From an uncultured Thalassospira sp. (GTDB lineage: Bacteria; Pseudomonadota; Alphaproteobacteria; Rhodospirillales; Thalassospiraceae), in the NCBI RefSeq assembly GCF_963976115.1, contig NZ_CAXBJJ010000013.1, forward strand, positions 15,012-79,011: a stretch of DNA of 64,000 bases, given 5' to 3'. The translations under genes and the position numbers were made by a program. Every line of letters starts with the position of its first letter. Position 1 is the first letter of the stretch. The notes below the pieces were generated by a model. It had not been told where the DNA came from. It saw only the letters and a list, made by a program, of their open reading frames with translations, and searched no databases. Shown in pieces: positions 61,172-64,000 of the stretch.

Positions 61172-61239
61172 CTTGCCCGTCCTGCCCTTGAAAACAGTGG
61201 AAACAGTGCATATTTAAAAAACGTTTTAATATCGCAACG

Positions 61240-62001
61240 TTATGCGTCGCGCACCGGAAGTCCCGCCGCTTTCATGTGGTTTTTTACATCGCGAATGCGA
61301 TAAGTGCCAAAATGAAAGATCGATGCGGCGAGCACAGCGGAGGCATGCCCTTCGGTAACCCCTTGAACCATATGGTCCAAGGTGCCAACCCCGCCCGATG
61401 CAATGACTGGCACCGAGACGGCATCGGCAATGGTGCGGGTGAGCGGAATGTTAAAGCCCGACTGGGTGCCATCACGGTCCATCGAGGTCACCAGCAATTC
61501 GCCAGCCCCATATTCGGTCATTTGTTTTGCAAACGAAACAGCATTTATTCCGGTTTCGTTACGACCGCCATGGGTGAAGATTTCAAACTTGTCCGGCCCG
61601 GTGGATTTGGCATCAATCGATACCACAATACATTGTGAGCCAAACTTGCGGGCTGCGTCGCGCACAAAGTCCGGGTTGTTCACGGCGGCGGTGTTGATCG
61701 ACACCTTATCGGCCCCGGCCAGCAGCAATTTGCGAATATCTTCAAGGGTCCGCACCCCGCCGCCCACGGTGACGGGCATAAAGCAGGCTTCTGCGGTGCG
61801 GGCCACGACATCAAAAATGGTATCGCGGTTATCGCTTGAGGCGGTGATGTCGAGAAAGCAAAGCTCGTCGGCCCCTTCAGCATCATAGATGCGGGCTTGT
61901 TCGACCGGGTCGCCAGCGTCAATCAGATCCACAAAATTCACACCCTTGACGACGCGACCATCTTTGACGTCCAGGCAGGGTATCACACGGGTTTTCAGCA
62001 T
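61240..62001 (-). CDS. hisF: imidazole glycerol phosphate synthase cyclase subunit
   Basis: [16 protein letters not shown] and SGG.G motifs. Confidence 0.95.
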   Translation of the reverse strand: MLKTRVIPCLDVKDGRVVKGVNFVDLIDAGDPVEQARIYDAEGADELCFLDITASSDNRDTIFDVVARTAEACFMPVTVGGGVRTLEDIRKLLLAGADKVSINTAAVNNPDFVRDAARKFGSQCIVVSIDAKSTGPDKFEIFTHGGRNETGINAVSFAKQMTEYGAGELLVTSMDRDGTQSGFNIPLTRTIADAVSVPVIASGGVGTLDHMVQGVTEGHASAVLAASIFHFGTYRIRDVKNHMKAAGLPVRDA

Positions 62002-62016
62002 GTCGGCTTCCTGTCG

Positions 62017-62745
62017 TTATGCCAGCGCGGCAATGGCTTTTGCCAGGTCTATGCGGCCGTCATAAAGCGCACGGCCTGAAATGGCGCCATCAATACCGGC
62101 ATCGGCCTGGGCTTTGATCGCCAGCAGATCCTCAAGCGAGGAAACCCCGCCCGATGCAATGACCGGGGTGGAAATGGCACGGGCCAAGGCAACGGTTGAA
62201 ACGATATTGGGACCGCCCATGGCACCATCGCGGTCAATATCGGTAAAGATGATGGCCGACACCCCGCAATCTTCAAACTTCTGCGCCAGTTCCAGCGCGG
62301 TAATTTCCGATGTTTCGGCCCAGCCTTCAACCGCAACAAAGCCATCACGGGCATCAATGCCAACCGCAATGCGGCCCGGCCATTTGGCGCAGGCCTGTTT
62401 TACCAGCTCGGGATTGCGCAAGGCGACCGTACCCAAAATAACGCGGTGAACGCCTTTGTTGAGCCAGTAATCCACGGTCTCCATCGTGCGAATACCGCCG
62501 CCCAACTGTACCTTGGCGCGGTCGCCAACCGCTTCGAGAATGGAATCAACCGCAGCACCGTTTACCGGCGCGCCGGCAAAGGCCCCGTTGAGGTCAACCA
62601 CATGAACCCAATGGCAGCCCTTGGCAACAAACGCGCCCGCCTGGCTGCCGGGGTCGTCGTTAAACACGGTGGCCTTGTCCATATCACCGCGCAGCAGGCG
62701 GACACAGGCGCCATCTTTCAAATCGATTGCCGGATAAAGATTCAC
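62017..62745 (-). CDS. hisA: ProFAR isomerase
   Basis: [14 protein letters not shown] and QLGGGIR motifs. Confidence 0.95.
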   Translation of the reverse strand: MNLYPAIDLKDGACVRLLRGDMDKATVFNDDPGSQAGAFVAKGCHWVHVVDLNGAFAGAPVNGAAVDSILEAVGDRAKVQLGGGIRTMETVDYWLNKGVHRVILGTVALRNPELVKQACAKWPGRIAVGIDARDGFVAVEGWAETSEITALELAQKFEDCGVSAIIFTDIDRDGAMGGPNIVSTVALARAISTPVIASGGVSSLEDLLAIKAQADAGIDGAISGRALYDGRIDLAKAIAALA

Positions 62746-63296
62746 TGCTCGGTTTCCTGTATTTTCTTGGTGTAATAATAGCCTTCGACCATCTTGCCGT
62801 CGATCATGGCGTAATAGGGATTAATGCCCCAACGAACATAGCCCATGCCATGATAAAGGGCGATGGCGGCCTGTTGCGTTTCGCGCAGGTCCAGCTTTAA
62901 AACGCTGTAGCCCTGCTTGCGGGCGAAATATTCAATCGCCCGGACAATCGCCTTGCCATTGCCCCGTCCGCGTGCCCACGGGGCGACAAAATGACCGGTA
63001 ATCTGTGCCGAATGGCGTTGAGCCTCCAGGTTTGAAGGCGTTTCCAAAAGCTGGGCCGCGCCGGAAATAACCCCGTCCACGCGCGAAACAAACAAATGAC
63101 GCCCCGGCATGATCAAAACGCCGCGCCAGTATTTTTCCATTTCCGGGCGACCGGGCGGGGTGAGCCAGCCAAAGCCGCCCCCTTCAACAATCGCCTGAAT
63201 GCAGGCATCAACAATGTCGGACAAATCACCGGCTGAAAGCTCGGTCACATGTTCGGCAAAGACACTGGGGTTCATGGTGACGCCGGGTCCGTTCAT
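62742..63296 (-). CDS. GNAT-family N-acetyltransferase embedded in the his operon
   Basis: V.P..RG.G.GKA acetyl-CoA motif. ATGA start/stop overlaps with both hisH (63296/63293) and hisA (62745/62742). Confidence 0.75.
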   Translation of the reverse strand: MNGPGVTMNPSVFAEHVTELSAGDLSDIVDACIQAIVEGGGFGWLTPPGRPEMEKYWRGVLIMPGRHLFVSRVDGVISGAAQLLETPSNLEAQRHSAQITGHFVAPWARGRGNGKAIVRAIEYFARKQGYSVLKLDLRETQQAAIALYHGMGYVRWGINPYYAMIDGKMVEGYYYTKKIQETEQ

Positions 63297-63943
63297 GGTT
63301 TCCATCCCAGGAAATTTCCGATCAGGGTCAATCCGGTTTTCTGGCTTTTTTCAGGGTGAAACTGGGTGCCAATCATGTTGTCACGCCCCACCATGGCGGT
63401 AATGTCGGTGCCATAGTTCACACTGGCCAGCCGTTGTGACGGGGTTGCGATTTGCATGTGAAAACTATGGACAAAATAGGCATGATCGCCGCTGGCGATG
63501 CCGCTTAACACCGGATGGCGGGCCCCGGCATCATCAAGGACGAGTTCGTTCCAGCCCATATGCGGAATTTTAAGTGACGGGTCGTTGGGTTCAATGGCAA
63601 CCACTTCGCCATCAATCCAGCCCAGGCCGTCGGTATTGGCAAATTCGCGGCCAACTTTGGCCATCAGCTGCATGCCCACGCAAATGCCCATAAAGGGTTT
63701 GCCACCTTTAATGACCTGTTCCTCAAGCATCTCGACCATGCCGCCCACGGCATTCAGCCCGGCGCGGCAATCGGCAAAGGCCCCGACACCGGGCAATACG
63801 ATATGGCTGGCAGCCTTGACCTGATGCGGGTCATTGGTGACCGTCACATCAAGGGCAAGGTTGTTTTCGCGGGCTGCGCGCTCAAATGCCTTGGCGCACG
63901 AACGCAGATTGCCCGAACCGTAATCAATAATCGCGACGGTCAT
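63293..63943 (-). CDS. hisH: imidazole glycerol phosphate synthase glutaminase subunit
   Basis: [16 protein letters not shown], and QFHPEKS catalytic-triad motifs. Confidence 0.95.
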   Translation of the reverse strand: MTVAIIDYGSGNLRSCAKAFERAARENNLALDVTVTNDPHQVKAASHIVLPGVGAFADCRAGLNAVGGMVEMLEEQVIKGGKPFMGICVGMQLMAKVGREFANTDGLGWIDGEVVAIEPNDPSLKIPHMGWNELVLDDAGARHPVLSGIASGDHAYFVHSFHMQIATPSQRLASVNYGTDITAMVGRDNMIGTQFHPEKSQKTGLTLIGNFLGWKP

Positions 63944-64000
63944 GGGGTGGGGATGCTCCCGTTATAGGACAAAGGATAGGACGAATTGGCGGTGGGTTTA

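Noticed and set aside
1-64000. Search for tRNA, rRNA, tmRNA, RNase P RNA, CRISPR repeats, integrases/transposases, and known defence or toxin genes
   Set aside because: I saw no cloverleaf-like T-arm contexts (GGTTCGAATCC-type). I also saw no rRNA-like stretches, no regularly spaced direct repeats, and no recombinase or defence-type protein motifs in any frame. This was an eye scan only, so a formal tRNAscan, Infernal or defence-finder run could still add items.

Overview
This window looks like the origin-proximal core of an alphaproteobacterial chromosome (Rhodospirillales-like, about 52% GC); that taxon call is my inference from gene content and order. The backbone is the conserved alphaproteobacterial block. 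On the minus strand run parB-parA-rsmG-mnmG-mnmE, then rho, then dnaQ-coaE-aroE-maf-ppsR-like. A 530-bp intergenic region rich in DnaA boxes and GANTC sites follows, which I call oriC. On the plus strand come hemE-hemH-hemJ. Five parS-type palindromes (TGTTTCACGTGAAACA and variants) lie left of the origin.

Other content:
- ribA, an OmpR-type response regulator, yggS, and two tandem porin paralogs
- DUF3576, lptE, holA
- a NIT-sensor chemoreceptor, smr plus an XRE regulator, and lutABC
- secB, fxsA, a Tim44-like gene, mltA, rlmN, a bactofilin, lolA, gshB, comM
- the hisH-GNAT-hisA-hisF-hisE-HIT cluster

I found no rRNA, tRNA, CRISPR array, intact mobile element or recognisable defence island, so I cannot claim a novel multi-gene system here.

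The least ordinary items are:
1. A roughly 240-codon relic of leuS sits exactly where full-length leuS normally lies, between DUF3576 and lptE.
2. A 5' fragment of a class-C-like group II intron is lodged directly behind a porin terminator.
3. A 271-bp element with 35-bp terminal inverted repeats and nested palindromes resembles a MITE.
4. A candidate small RNA with C-rich loops carries its own strong terminator.
5. A chemoreceptor gene is bracketed by an XRE gene and a relic of an XRE paralog.

All product calls rest on my reading of motifs in the supplied translations. No database search was run.
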